64,000 bases of DNA, taken from assembly GCA_017654855.1 (NCBI GenBank), contig CM030332.1:930001-994000 (forward strand), given 5' to 3'. A model generated the notes under the pieces. That model saw only the letters and a program-made list of their open reading frames with translations. It had not been told where the DNA came from and searched no databases. A program made the position numbers and the translations under genes. The stretch's first letter is position 1. Each line of letters starts with the position of its first letter. The stretch comes from Podospora anserina. Taxonomy: Eukaryota. Of the stretch, positions 1-12,756 are shown piece by piece.

Positions 1-675
1 GTAATCAACCCAATCGGCCCCGCCCCGCAAATCAACACCGGATCTCCCAGCCTCACACCCGCCCTCTGCATGCCAGCCAAAGCTACGCTCAGCGGCTCGA
101 GCATCGCCCCGTCCTCATAGCTCATATCCCCAATCTTGTGGCACCAGACAGCCTTGTGGTTGACATACCGTCTTAACAAGCCTGCCACTGGGGGTGTAGA
201 CAGGAAGTCGACCTTCTCGCACCCATTGTATCTGCCGGTGAGGCAGGGCTCGCACTCGTTACAGATGACCTGGGGCTCGATGGCTACGCGGTCTCCGACT
301 TGGAGGGTCTTGACGGAGGGGTGGACGGCGATGATCTCACCGGCGGATTCGTGACCGAGGACGTGGTCGCAGGTTACGATCATGGGGCCAATACAGCCGT
401 GCTTCCAGAAGTGGACGTCGGAGCTGGAGACGGTGACATGTCAGTATGAACTTGGTCCGGAAAGGGGGTGAGAAGAGAGGGCGAACTAACCCGCAGATAC
501 CTGTGCTTCTGATGGCAACTGTCACCTCCCCTTCTTTGAGCTCTGGGCTGCCTTGCTGGACGCTTTCCAAGCTTGGTTCGGCGGAGTCGATCCAGAGGTC
601 ATGGCCAGGGTTGGTGAAGACACCAATGTTGGCCTTGGAGGCCTTTACTTTGGTTGTTGTCGTCGTCGTCGACAT
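1..675 (-). CDS. lad1: L-arabinitol 4-dehydrogenase (Zn-dependent MDR family), 5' part; runs off the window start
   Basis: ATG at 675, exon 675-491, intron 490-424 (GTTAGT..CAG). The spliced product reads [60 protein letters not shown], with catalytic and structural Zn ligands. Confidence 0.9.
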
Positions 676-3600
676 CTTGTCTGTTTCCTGTCTGCTTACT
701 TGAGCCAAGTGAGTTTGTCAATGGCGATGATCGCGGGGTTGATAGCAACAGCTCTCTAAGCTATAAGAGCTGGTGCTCAGAAGAACAAAGATGGGACGGC
801 ACGGGAGAAACACAACACAAGGGGGACGCGAGTAAGTTTAACTTTTCCCAACCGTCAACTTATATAGTTCACCAAACGGAAGAATCCGAATACCGGATAA
901 GAGTTGTAGGCAGGCAAAGGGTGTAATGGGACCTGCCGATCTCGCTACAACCCTCCATAGATACTTTACTACAAAAGCTCGCAAGGTGGGTTTGAAAAGG
1001 GAACCATCTATGTCACAAACCCAGCCGCCTGTGTGTTCATGTGGCACCTCCTCCACCTCCTCTTCCACCCCCCACGGTCCATGGTAGATGCAGCAGTTTT
1101 GATATCTGATCTGATGATGATGCCCCCCTTGGACGATCACAAGCACTAGAAGCTAGCACGCCCAATGCACATTTCCATTACGCCGCCGCGTCTCCTCCCC
1201 CCCACCACTGCACAACCTTACATTGGCACGGGAAAGAAACAAAAGAAAAGAATTGTTCTAGACGCATCAATGGCGGGTAATTCTCACCCACACCCAGGTC
1301 CTCTTTCGTTACCGAACCAATCCTTCGAGATGTAGGTTTGATGATGCAAAGTGATCAGGAGGGAAAGTAAAGCAAGGTAGCCATGTTCCCGGGAAGTGGG
1401 GTCCAAAAGATTCTCGGGGTTATGACTTCGGCCGCTTCAACACCGACGACGTTCTTGTTGCCAACGGGATGCCGTGGTGTGTGTCGGTCTACTGCAGTTC
1501 ACGGTACGTCTCCCCCCGCCATCCGCGCCAATCACCGGCCGTTCAACAACCATCGACCCTCTCGGGAGCGGCCGAAGGCCAAAAGCAACGGTTCTTGTTT
1601 ACCCCCCCCGTGCCCCGCTCCGTGGTTCGGGGGGGCTGGCTGGCTTGCTCCTCAATTGCCCAGACCATTTTTCCGCCTCGGCCTGTGTTCTTCCGCCTAC
1701 CATCGAACGTAGATTGGAAATGTGGCTTTTGTTTGATCGTATTTACCAATGCTACCTCGACATGTGGTTTGAAACAATAATAATGAAAACCCGAACATGG
1801 CAGTTGGCATTCTTCTTATCCGGCTCGGTCTGGATTGCCGGATACAACGTGGTCTTCCGGTCTGCCGAGACCGTTTGACTTTTGCCGTGATGTATAAAAT
1901 CTTCCAGAATACAATAGATGACCCGTATACACTCCATCTCCTACACCGTATTTTCCACGTTGAGGATATTGTCCAACGAAATCAAATCCGTCCACAGAAA
2001 TATGGAACCATGCCCGCCTAGATTTCCTTTCAAGTCTCCGCCAATTATGGATGCCCTTCGCATCTATTATCACCATATGCATGACTTTATGCATCTTCTC
2101 CCCCCCCCAAAAAAAAAGCCAAGTTTGTGCAGCAAAATATCATGTAGATCGTCTCACGGCGTGCAGAGAGTTCCGAAATGTCGGGTCCGTCGTGCTCAGT
2201 CAGCTGCGGGGTATCTGTCGTAAAAGGTGAAAGAACAAAAGTCGCTATGTTGTTGGTGTTTCCGATGCTGTCGTGAACTTGTGAGCTTCGTATCCGCCCC
2301 CCTGGCTCCAATGGTTCTGATGTCATCAAGCCATGGCTATCACCACGTCCCCCAGGCATCGACCATAGGAGCAGCAAGCCTCTGGAGCGAGCTCGCCTTT
2401 GAGGATAAGGTCACGTTTTAGCTAAACAAAAGAGTTAGGCATGAGATTGGGGGGTGTATGAACTGGGGAGACGTACATCTGGGCAGACAATTGGTCTTGC
2501 TACGGCCATGCTGCTTGCCACGATGGCCCAGACGGCGAGGAGAGAAGGGAGTCGCATCTTGACTGGTTGGGCCGATTTGCTGGTACAATTAACGGGCGAA
2601 GAGACAAAAATCCAGTCGTCGTGAGCTCACAACAAATTTAAAAAAGAAGGCTGATCGCAATACGTAAGGGAACCTGGGAAAGCTGAGAGAGTGGAACCGG
2701 CGAATGGGTCTCTTAAAGCAAGGTGAGATGCCGAAGCCGAAAAGATGGCTGTAGACTTCGTATCCTAGACTTGATAATTGTGAGAGCAACGATCAAAGAA
2801 AGCGGTGCAGCACGGGAGCGGTCTGGAGCTTAATACGAGGAATCAGACAATAAGAGAGCAAAGGTGCAGTGCTCGTAGGCTGGATATGGCCACTCGGCGT
2901 TTCTCTTTTGGAAACATGGGCTTCATCCTATCGTCTTGCTCATGGAGAACAGTTTGAGTCTTTGACTTGATGAAGAGGCACAGTGACAATCGGAGAGGAC
3001 ATTACAGTCGGACTCAGCCCTTGTCATGAACTGAGAAAGCGAGCTCGCTCAAGGCTGTTAGCTCAGTCAGTGACAAGGTTAATCCGATTGGGGTTTGTAT
3101 GCAATGCAAATGTCTCAACTCTGCAAGCCGTCGGTAACTGCGAGAAACTTCGCCGCTTCCTACTGGTCTCATGGGATCCTGTCGAGTACGCCGTGTCGGT
3201 CGCCGAGCGGGAGGGACGGCGAAGCATTAAGACGACATTATGCTATGCGTGAAGGCCGCAGTGGTGGAGTGTGGGGAAACCATGGCTCCAGCTGGGCTGA
3301 GAATGGTCTTTATCCCCATGTCTCAGAGCCTGCCAATGAGAATGTTAGGAATACTGCTGTACTGCTGGTGGCTGTCATAGTCTAGGGATTTCGTTCAGCT
3401 CCGAGTTGCGATGAGAAATCGATGGCCTTGGAAGTGAATCCAGCCTTCTGCCGAGTTTGTTGGGCGTGAAGCTCAGAGAAGGGAAATGCAAATAGTATCG
3501 ATACAGAAAGGGAACTGAAAAGCGTGGCAAGGGGAAAGCCACAGTGTTGATTCCGTGTTTGTAACATGACAAACGAATGGGTGCTCGTTTCAAGTTGCTG

Positions 3601-4107
3601 AGGAAGATGAAATTTAAAGTTCGAGAAAATACGAAACTAAGCCACAGACCCCGCGGAGATGGGTATAGCGGCTAGAACCGGAGGAAACGGCGCGATAATA
3701 TTGAGCCTCGGTCATCAAACTCCCTTGAAAAGAAATTATACAGATGCATCTTGAAAGAGTTTCTGAAAGTTGCTCTCTGGGTAGGAAGATATCAGTTTAA
3801 AGGGTAGGGTTGGGTGCATTTTCTCTTTGCGGCATGTGAAATCACCCCGCCTCGCATGGAGCACAGGCCACCTCAGCCTGAGCTTCAGCCACACAATGAC
3901 GTTGTCGATTCCAGCCCTGGTTAGGGAAGCTTCCAGCTTGGAAAGGCCCACGTCACACCTGTCAGTCCACCAGCTGGAGCTTCCGTTCTTAAAAACAACA
4001 AAGCTGTCCGGATCTATCCACTACAATCAACGACAGGAATACTCAACGTTATACTTTTTTCCTACAGTGACTGAGATAACCACCAAGACTACATCAGCGC
4101 CGCCAAA

Positions 4108-4949
4108 ATGACGCTCTACTACACCTTGGTATGCCCCTCTAGCTGGCTACTACAGCAGCGCTTTTGATCTGGGATCTGGGCTAACATCGCCAAAGGTCTT
4201 TATGCTACTAGTAGCAGAGATGGCCTTGTTCATGCTCTTGGTCGTCCCACTGCCATTTACGATGCGCAGGAGGCTCTTTACGTATGTTTCTATCCAGCTC
4301 ACCTCTTATCGGCCGAAGTATAGCTAACCTCTGATTTCCCAGCTTCATTTCCGAGAATCCGATTGTCGCAAAAGTACAATACTGGCTCAAGATCACCTTT
4401 GTCTTCATCCTCATCCTGTTCATCGACAGCGTGAATCGTGTCTACCGCGTCCAGGTCGAACTTGCCGCCGCAACTGAGGGTAACAATGGACAGAGCGCGT
4501 ACGTCTATTATACCCCACTTATCCTATTTTTCTGTGCCCCCCCAGACACTAATCAAGTCAGGAGCAGAACTGCCATAATGGGACACGAGCGTCTCGAAGT
4601 CCAGGCCCGCAAGTTTTACTCGCAGCGCAACATGTACCTCTGCGGCTTCACCCTCTTCTTGTCCCTCATCCTCAACCGCACCTACATCATGATCCTCGAG
4701 ACGCTCCGCCTGGAGGAGAAGGTCAAGCTGTACGAGGGCTCCGAGAAGAACACCAAGCAAGCCGAGAAGCTCGCACAGGCTGGTGATGCTGGTGAGATTG
4801 CGCGGTTGAAGAGGGAGATCAAGCTTCGTGATCAAGACATTGCTACCCTGAAGAAGCAGTCCGAGGGTTTGCACAGGGAGTATGACGAGTTGGCCGAGAG
4901 ATATGGTGCCACGCAGGAGAATGGCAAGCTTTCCAAGAAGGACAAATAG
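4108..4949 (+). CDS. BAP29/BAP31 (Yet) family ER membrane protein, 4 exons
   Basis: ATG 4108 (MTLYYTL/VFMLLVAEM..PLP), introns 4129-4195, ~4283-4342 and 4499-4561/4567. ARKFYSQRNMYLCGFTLFLSLIL signature, coiled-coil tail, C-terminal KKDK dilysine ER-retrieval motif. Confidence 0.92.
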
Positions 4950-5750
4950 GATCTGAACCTTTGGGAGGGGGTGGAGAACCTTGACTCTGGTGCCGCTTCT
5001 GGTGTTGGGAAGGCATCGGGATCGTCGGGTTTGTTTAAGGAGGATGAGAGTGAAGCGGAGGTGCGGTTGCGGAGGGCAGGGTCGGAAAATATTTGGTCTC
5101 CTTAGAGATGAGGAGATTGTGTAAGAGGAGAAGGAATGGATGATGTGACTGAAAAGTGTGTATGGTTTTGAGGGAGTTGGGCTAGGGGCTTTTTCTTACC
5201 TACGTGTATTCATTAATGGCGAACTTTCATGGTTGTTTTACTCTGAATGGGACATTTACTTGATTACCAAACACACATTGCCGGAGAGATACTTGGTTGC
5301 ACTGTGTTTGGTCAAGACTGGAAAAGTCTTGTGCAATGCAAATAGTACTGGTCAGGTATTTCAACACGAAGCACATAACCCTATCCTGGGACACGGCGAT
5401 CCATATGCATGCCTGTGGCTGTGGCTTTCTCAAGAGCTTTCACATCGGTAATATTTGGAAGGGAAACTTGTGGATGTGCAGAAAACCCAGTGTCTTTTCT
5501 CTATATCTATATACAACAAACACTAAGGAAAAAAGGCCCAACCAGGGCTGTCTATAACTATGCAAGCCCAAGAAATGCTAACAATCCGTCCAAAAAGCCT
5601 TTTAACGCCCAAAATAGTTTCCCTCCTGTCCCACTTTTTTCCTTTCTCTATAAAGTAGTTGATTTTTTAATACAAGAGCTTTTGTTACAATATATACATA
5701 CACACCGCCCCTTTCCCCACATGGTGGTGGTGACATGCAAGTAGTAGTAC

Positions 5751-7279
5751 TCAATACATGTCATACAAGTCGGGGAACAAGATCCCGTTCGCCATGGCGA
5801 GCACCTCCCTCTCAAAATCCGTATCCGCCTCCTCCTCGTCCCAAGGCAGCAGGCCCATCGCCCGAAGCCCTTCCTCCCCGCCGGCGTCGCTTATTTCTTG
5901 GACGCCTGGACGGCCAATGTAGTGTGCTTCTCCCCTGCCGTGACCGCTCCCGTAGCCGCACCCGTCAAAGAAATCTGGGCCGGGGCAGCCGAGGAGAAAA
6001 GATTTCCGCTGGCGGGAGAGGTAGAGGGCGTTTGTTTGGGTTAGGGGCACGCAGGGGAGGTACATCACGCTTGCTGAGGGGGTGGGGGAGGAAGAGGTGA
6101 TGGAGTGGATGAGGTCGGGGTGCCAGATTAGGTAGTCGCCTGGGGAGAGGTCGGGGATGTCGATTAGGGAGCGGCGGAGCTGGAGGTGGGGGTGGATGGA
6201 CGAGTTTATTTCCTGGGCGTAGGAGGGGAGGGCGCCGTGGAGGATGGAGTTTGTGGGTGTGAATGCCCAGTTTTCTGATTCCGGGGAGGAGGAGGAAGAA
6301 GAAGAGGGGGAGAAGAAAGGGCGGAGGAGGAAGTAAGCTGTTGCGTGCTTGAGCAAAGGACAGACGCGCATGGAGGAGGGCCCCGGGGATAAGGCGAGCC
6401 AGCCTTGGTACATCCTGAAGATGGAGCATGCGCCGGCTTTGTGGTAGAGGTCCGAGGTTACTGTCAGACGGGTGCTGCTCTGTACGTGAGGTTAGTGGTG
6501 GTGCAAGAAATGATGGAACGCGGTAATTGACGAACCTCCCATGGGTTGTAATCTTCCCATTGCCCCTGGAATATCTCATTGTAGGTGCCTGCCCTTCCAT
6601 ACCCGTCCGTCTCCCATCTTTCCACACTGCCGCCATCAATATGAGCTGCCGCGGGGGACCTCGTGTCTGCCGTCTTTTGACCTGTCCTGATTCGGTCGGC
6701 ATAAGTGATCGGGAAATTCGTGGTCACCCGCGCCTTTGGATCTTTCGAAGTCCATAACCCCATGGCAAAACGTTGAGCTTCCAAGACATTGGGGTGTCCC
6801 CTTGCCTTGATCTGAGCTGCACTCCAATACAGTTCCTGTAGGTCAGATTCCTGAGGAGTCCTTGGCCTTTTCTCTGCATTTTCGTCAAGATACCCCATAG
6901 CTCCTTGGTACAAGTCCTCCGCAGTATCCCGTGGTATCACATTGCGTATGATAGCAACGCCTCTCTGTCGAAGGCCTTCCCGGAAGACCTCGGCCACCCC
7001 GGGGTTCTTGATGTTGGAAAAGTCGATGGTGGGGACAGCCTGTGACCCCAAAGATGATACACGATCAACCTCGTCCGAGAGGGTCTGTATCAGGCGCTGC
7101 CATGAGGGCACAAGTGTCGATTCCTTTCCGGATACTAATCTTTCCTTCAGGACACTAAACCGCCGCGGGAGGGGTATTGGCTCGGAGTATGATCGTGAAA
7201 GCATCTCATCCTTTCTCGACGGGGGTGAATGGCTCGAGGAGACTGGGGAGATCGGAAGAGGCCCTATAGAAATGGCCAT
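5751..7279 (-). CDS. DUF1479/Gig2-like putative oxygenase; start codon uncertain
   Basis: Two ORFs joined by intron 6535-6480 (PWE/SSTRLTVTSDLYHKAGACSIFRMYQGWLALS). Motifs LPRRF, RGVAIIRNV, YADRIR, HIDGGSVERWE, PGDYLIWHPDLIH, QRKSFLLGCPGPDF. Confidence 0.8.
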
Positions 7280-7903
7280 GTCGGGGGATGCGCGCGAATA
7301 ACATAGCAACACGGGAGGAGGTGCAGCTGCAATTCAGGAGCGCATATTGGATGCAGGAAAGAGTGGGAAGGACCCGGTATGTATTCAGCAGCTGCAAGAA
7401 GCAGCAGAGATATACACATTGTCAGTCGACAACGGTGACGAATACGGCGTGGTTTCCATTGCTTGCCTCGGTGTGGGCATTGCTCCAGGTCTGAAAGACG
7501 GTTGTCGATGCATCAAGATCCGAAAGTGGAAACCAAAAAGGTGTAAGTCGTTTGAGCCATGTCCCTGTCTCCCTACCAGGGGACCGCAAAGCGCAGAGAC
7601 GGGCCGTCTGGCCGGACAAGACACCCCACGTAAATTCTACGATGGTCCCCCCAATAGGGGAATTTTAAGCACCCCTACCCAAAACCAAAGGCAAAGATCC
7701 AAACAACTGTCTTGGTTGATTTCCCAAAGCTCTGCTAACGTCTCGCTTGCAATGCCCGCAAGTCCCTAGCTTCCCTTTGCAGGGCTGAAAAGAGCCTCTG
7801 ATAAGAGCAGGGATCAGGGCTTTAACCCAAATGCACTGTTGATCTGTCCCGACATGCCGATTCGCGCCGCGTGTTGTCCTTTTCTGGTTCCGTGATCTCG
7901 TTT

Positions 7904-8945
7904 CTAAGCTTGTTTCCCTCGTTTGGAACGGCGGATAGGGACGTTAGTGTCGGCATTGTCACCGGAAGTCTTCCTTTTGGCCGGTGGCTTAGACTTGGTG
8001 GTTTTCTCTTCGGGTTCTGTTTTGGTTGCCGGCTTGTCTTCCTGGTCCGTTGCCGCTCCCTTGTCGTTCTCCTCTGCCTTTTCCGCCGTGGCAGCCGCCT
8101 TTCCAGAGGCTTGGGTATGGTCGCCTCTCATAATGGCAAAAGCCACCTTTTCTATATCGACGGCTCTCACACCAAGCCTCTTCGCCAAGGCCTGGGCTTT
8201 CAGAGTCAACTGGGAGTACTCGTTCTTGTTGTACTTGATGGGTCCCTTGGACCCATCATATTCCAGCCAATAAAAGGCCTCATCGGCAAAAAAGATGATG
8301 TTATCTGGAGCGTGAACAGCAAGTAGTAGCGAGGCGGTGGCCGGCCCGATGCCCTTGAGCTGAGTGAGAATATCTAGGGCCTGAGGCCACTGCTTCTTGG
8401 CCTGGTGGTACTGAGCTACGGCCTTTCGTATTGTCTCTTTCAAAGTCTTGGGATCGTTTGATGAAACGAGCTTCATGAGAGAGGGTCTGAATTTCCCATG
8501 GCGACTGTCACTCAAGTCAGTCCCACTGTGATGATACCAAACTCTCGGTAACAGTAAATGAGACCAAAGAAACACCATCCCCACAACTGCAGTAGCATTG
8601 TTCAAAACATTGGATGACGACAAGTCTGGAGACGAGAAACACATACAGCTTCCATTCGACCAGCAATTTGACATCTTCAATTGTCATTTGTTTGGGCTTT
8701 TCCTGGCCAAACTGCTCAAGGGCTTCGCCATATCGATAGGCATCAAGCTCAGATAGAGACTTTTGGCCTTCTTTGGCTACAAGGCTGTATTAGTCCATGT
8801 GCAACTCTGACCGGAATAGTCTTGTCAGAGACTTACTGCCTTTGCTTTTGGAAATAGCCTCAAGACAGGCCGGGTATCTGCTAAGGTACTCATGAAATTC
8901 GCTGTCGGTTATATTATCCGCAGACGGGATGGTCGAGCTTCCCAT
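7904..8945 (-). CDS. Uncharacterised protein with helix-hairpin-helix motif (DNA-glycosylase-like fold) and Lys-rich tail, 3 exons
   Basis: ATG 8945 (MGSSTIPS..LSRYP), introns ~8836-8776 and ~8646-8505. The spliced product reads SLSELDAYRY..LVEWKL/RHGKFRPSLMKLVSSN..LTQLKGIGPATASLLL..FFADEAF. Confidence 0.8.
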
Positions 8946-9985
8946 TGCGGCTCTTGGTACAGATTGCGGTCTTGATGCCGGGCCAGGGTTGTATCGCAGG
9001 AACAACGGTCGCGATCCGCGAGATCCACCAGGCTCAATCCGACGGGTCGCTGTCCGGGAGCTCGTGCCGTTGATACGTTGATACGGTATTCGTCGATGCG
9101 AAGACCAGCAATACGCCCGAGTTAAGGCCAGATCAACCGAGATTTTTTTTTTCCGAGTGAGAAAGTTGAAGAACACGACCCAAGCAATGAGGTTGAACGA
9201 AACGTTTTCCTGATTCGGCCCACAATGGCGATGAGAGTGAGAATGACACCGAGTCGGATGATGATGGCGCTTCACCGGGAGAGGGATGCTGGTTTTTTCT
9301 TAATACGGGTTTGCGAAACGGCGGCTAAGCGGGAGATAACCCAAGATTAACGAGACCAATGCAGGAACCGACGAGGGGAGGGTTTCTGGAAGATGTGGAA
9401 GGTGTGCCGGTGTCGATTGACGAGACGCGATGAGAAGCGCGTCAGTGGTGTAATCAAACACCACCAAAAAATGATGACAACAGGAGGCTTCAAAATACGC
9501 CAACGAGATCCCGAAACTGTTTCAAAAGGTTCCGAAGACGAAGATGAAGGAGATCATTCAACCCGAGTATAAAAGCACACTCTCATGGAAAGATATGCAA
9601 CATCACAAAAGGCCCCTCTCTCACTCAGGGTCTTTCTTCATTTCTGTACCAAGCACTTAAACCCCTGCTGATAATCATCAATCTAGTTGCCCGTCACTGG
9701 GCCGTTGGCAGCTGCAAGACGACAGACTGGTCCGTGCACCCATCAATCCAGCCCACTTCGACCACGAGCCCACCTCAGGCTCCAGTCAAAAAATTGGCGG
9801 CGGGACTTGTAGCTGCTGACTGGAATTCCAAAGACTCTCTCTAACCTTCGCGCCTCTTTTACCCGCTGACCGCAAAGGAAGAAAAAAACATACAGACTTC
9901 ATAGCCTTCACCGTACTTCCGTAACGGACCAACCCTTACTCCTCACCCAACTTTTTTACCCGTAAAGAAAACCCAAACCGACAAA

Positions 9986-10439
9986 ATGGGTGGAGGTAAC
10001 GTACGTGCAGATCCTCTTGCATCCCCTCCGTCCCCCGACATGTGCCCCAAAACGTTCCCCCCCAGATCCTCATCCCCGTTTCTTGCCCGCTCGGCCCTTC
10101 AAACCTACGTGGTACAGCGGAATAAGGTACTGACAGAAAGTCAATATAGGGAGCCAAGGCCGCGCAGAAGCGTGCCCGCAACGCAAAGGATGCTGCCCCC
10201 AAGGCCGCTTCTCAGCTCAAGAGCGTAGGTACTCCGTGTCTGGTGTGGGCAACAAGAAGTAGATTGCTGATGTGATACTCGATAAACAGAACGAGAAGGC
10301 CATGAACATCATCTGCAACATCTGCAAGCAGACCTTCCTCTCGACCTCCCGCAAGCCCCAGCTCGAGCAGCACTCCAGCAGCGGCAAGCACGCCGGGAAA
10401 CACACGTTTGAGCAGTGCTTCCCCGAGTACAAGGAGTAG
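9986..10439 (+). CDS. Small (~79 aa) zinc-binding protein, ZNF706/At2g23090-like, 3 exons (absent from the ORF track)
   Basis: MGGGN/GAKAAQKRARNAKDAAPKAASQLKS/NEKAMNIICNICKQTFLSTSRKPQLEQHSSSGKH..FEQCFPEYKE*. Introns 10001-10149 and ~10225-10289 have canonical sites. Confidence 0.88.
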
Positions 10440-10848
10440 GAAATGTCTACTATCTGAACGATCAATGACCAACATTGCATAAAAACAAACAAAAAAAAAT
10501 GGCGAAGCGGGCCGCGCTAGGCAAACAGACAGGCATGGGACAAAGCTAGGCGTAGGGTATGGGCATGATGGGCGACGCAGCAGGCGTGATGGCATCAGCG
10601 AACTGGCGTAACGAGGTTGATATTCGGGATATGGTTTGGATTTTTTGACGGGCATCCTCCTGGTTCTGGATGGGCATGACTGACTGGAAGTTTTCTGGCC
10701 ATAGGCACTAGCTCGTCCAGAAGAAACAGAGGCATGATATGGATCACGTTTTGGTATGAGACTGCTGTGAAAAAACTTCCATGATGAAAACCAAGGCTAT
10801 GCTGTACTCCCTTGAACCCAAAAACTCCAAACTAAAGGCACCAGTCCT

Positions 10849-12108
10849 TTAATGAGCCTCCACAGCCTTCCCCTCGCCTACAATGGGCACCGCCTCCACG
10901 ACGGGACTCTTCTTCCTCGCCAACGCAGCCTGCTCAGCCCTCACGCTCTCCAAAATGTCCGGATACCAAATCTCACCCACATCCTGATGGCTCTTGACCC
11001 GGTTCCTCAACGTCGCCTCCCCCAACGTCTTGGCCACCCCTCCCTTCCTAAACGTAAACTCAACATCATCCAATCTTCCCCCATTCTCCTCCAGCACCCT
11101 CCTCCTCAGTTCCTTGATCTCCTCCTTCACCTGTCCCACCCCCACATTCTCCAAATCCTCAAACTCTGCGTCCCCGCTCACGCCCTGAAAGAAAGGAATG
11201 CTATACCTCGCCCCTTTGCCCGCCTCCGGAGACAAGACCCTGTGCGTAGTACTCACACAAACCCCCTGAGTGAGCGCCTCCAGCCCCTGCCCTATCGCCA
11301 CGACAAGCGTCCCGTCAATAGGAGGGCAATCAATCCACTCCCCCCTCATATTCTGCACCTGCAATCCCCTGTGCTGACTAGCCTGCAGCAAGTAACTACT
11401 CAGCATACTATCCTTGTGCGGCCCAACCCCTTGATTTCCCTTCCCGCTCCCCAACGTGCCCACGTCGGGGTACTTTACAATCTTGAGCTTGTGTTGCTGC
11501 GTTTGGTTTTGTCTCCCGCCGAAGCCAGGGCCGTCAAAGTACTTGTTGAATGCGTCGGGAGGGAGGTCGATGGCCTCGGCAATGAGGGAGGTGAAGGAAA
11601 TGGATATCTCCCCCATGCGGTTCATGTACTCGGTGAATGTCTCCCGGAAGTTGGGCAAGATGGATGAAGAGGGCCACTGGTTAGGCGCGAGGAGGTTGTC
11701 GTATAAGGGGGCGTCGGGGCCGGGGAGGGGGTGCTCAGTAGACAAGTCGATCTGCTCGCGGTGGTCGATCCCACCGGCGGTGATCTCGGCAGAGAGACGG
11801 GAGTAGCCCAGGAAGGAGGGGGCGTTTTTCATTTCGATTTTGAGTCTTATATCTCTGGTTAGTTATATGTGAGAGAGAGGATAAAAGGGGAGAAGAAGGG
11901 GAACGGACTTTTCTTCTTCGGGAATGTCAAAAAAGGCTTTGCCCTCGCGGATGACTTGTTTGAAGAGCTCATCTGGGATGCCGACGTTTTTAAGATACAA
12001 AAACCCGACTTCCATGAGGGCATGGCGCAGCTCGGCGAGGAACTGCGGTTTCGTCGCTGGGTCTGAGGCCTGAGCCAGGTCGAGGATGGGGATGGATGTA
12101 AAGGACAT
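10849..12108 (-). CDS. 2-oxoglutarate/Fe(II) dioxygenase, isopenicillin-N-synthase-like family
   Basis: MSFTSIPILDL..VGFLYLKNVG N-terminus, intron 11908-11846, HKD..H iron triad (GPHKDS, STTHRV) and RYS 2OG-binding motif. Confidence 0.9.
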
Positions 12109-12756
12109 TGTGATCGTCACTGAGGATTAGAGTGATATGTGAGAGCCGCCTGTATCTCCGTGTCTGAGAGGGAAACGTCTTAACAAAGAGTCAAGAATGA
12201 AAACACGCCAAAGAAAAAGTAGACTGCTTATAAATAGACCACCGGCCTACAGAATGAATGTTTCAAGAGGGTATCTTAATGATCCAATCGGATACAATAT
12301 GCAGCTACACTTATATCTCTAGCTTCCTTAGCATCTGTCCGATGTCAGGTCATGTTTCCCATCACCCTCAAAATGGCGTAATCGGTCGACATCGGAGCTG
12401 CTCCATACCCAGCCCCGCATTTACTCACGGGGTGCGGGTCACAAAGCCCGGGTTTACCCCCCTTTCTCCAACGGCACGCCATACCCATTCCCTTCCTTTG
12501 AAGCTTCCATGTTCGGGCCGGCTTGGTCCAAATGCCGGGCGTACTGCGCCCTTCCCTCCCGCTTACGGATGGGTCCTTACCGGACAAAACCATACCGATT
12601 TCGTATTATGGCCTACAACTCTGGGCCCAAGCCACTTTTGCTTATTTCCTTTCCAACCTCTTGATTAGATAAATCTGCTCTCCAATGGCGCGAGCTGTTT
12701 CTGGAGGGGCATTTGCGTGTGCCTCGACGTCCTGTTCGTAGACTGAGATGTCGAAA

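Noticed and set aside
7814..7906. 29-codon extension after the HhH gene TAG, in an editing-favoured context
   Set aside because: The length is easily reached by chance and there is no recognisable signal; kept only as a secondary site to check.
8505..8646. Longer introns (HhH gene intron 2; Zn-protein intron 1) as snoRNA hosts
   Set aside because: No properly placed C/D boxes on the sense strand and no evident H/ACA structure.
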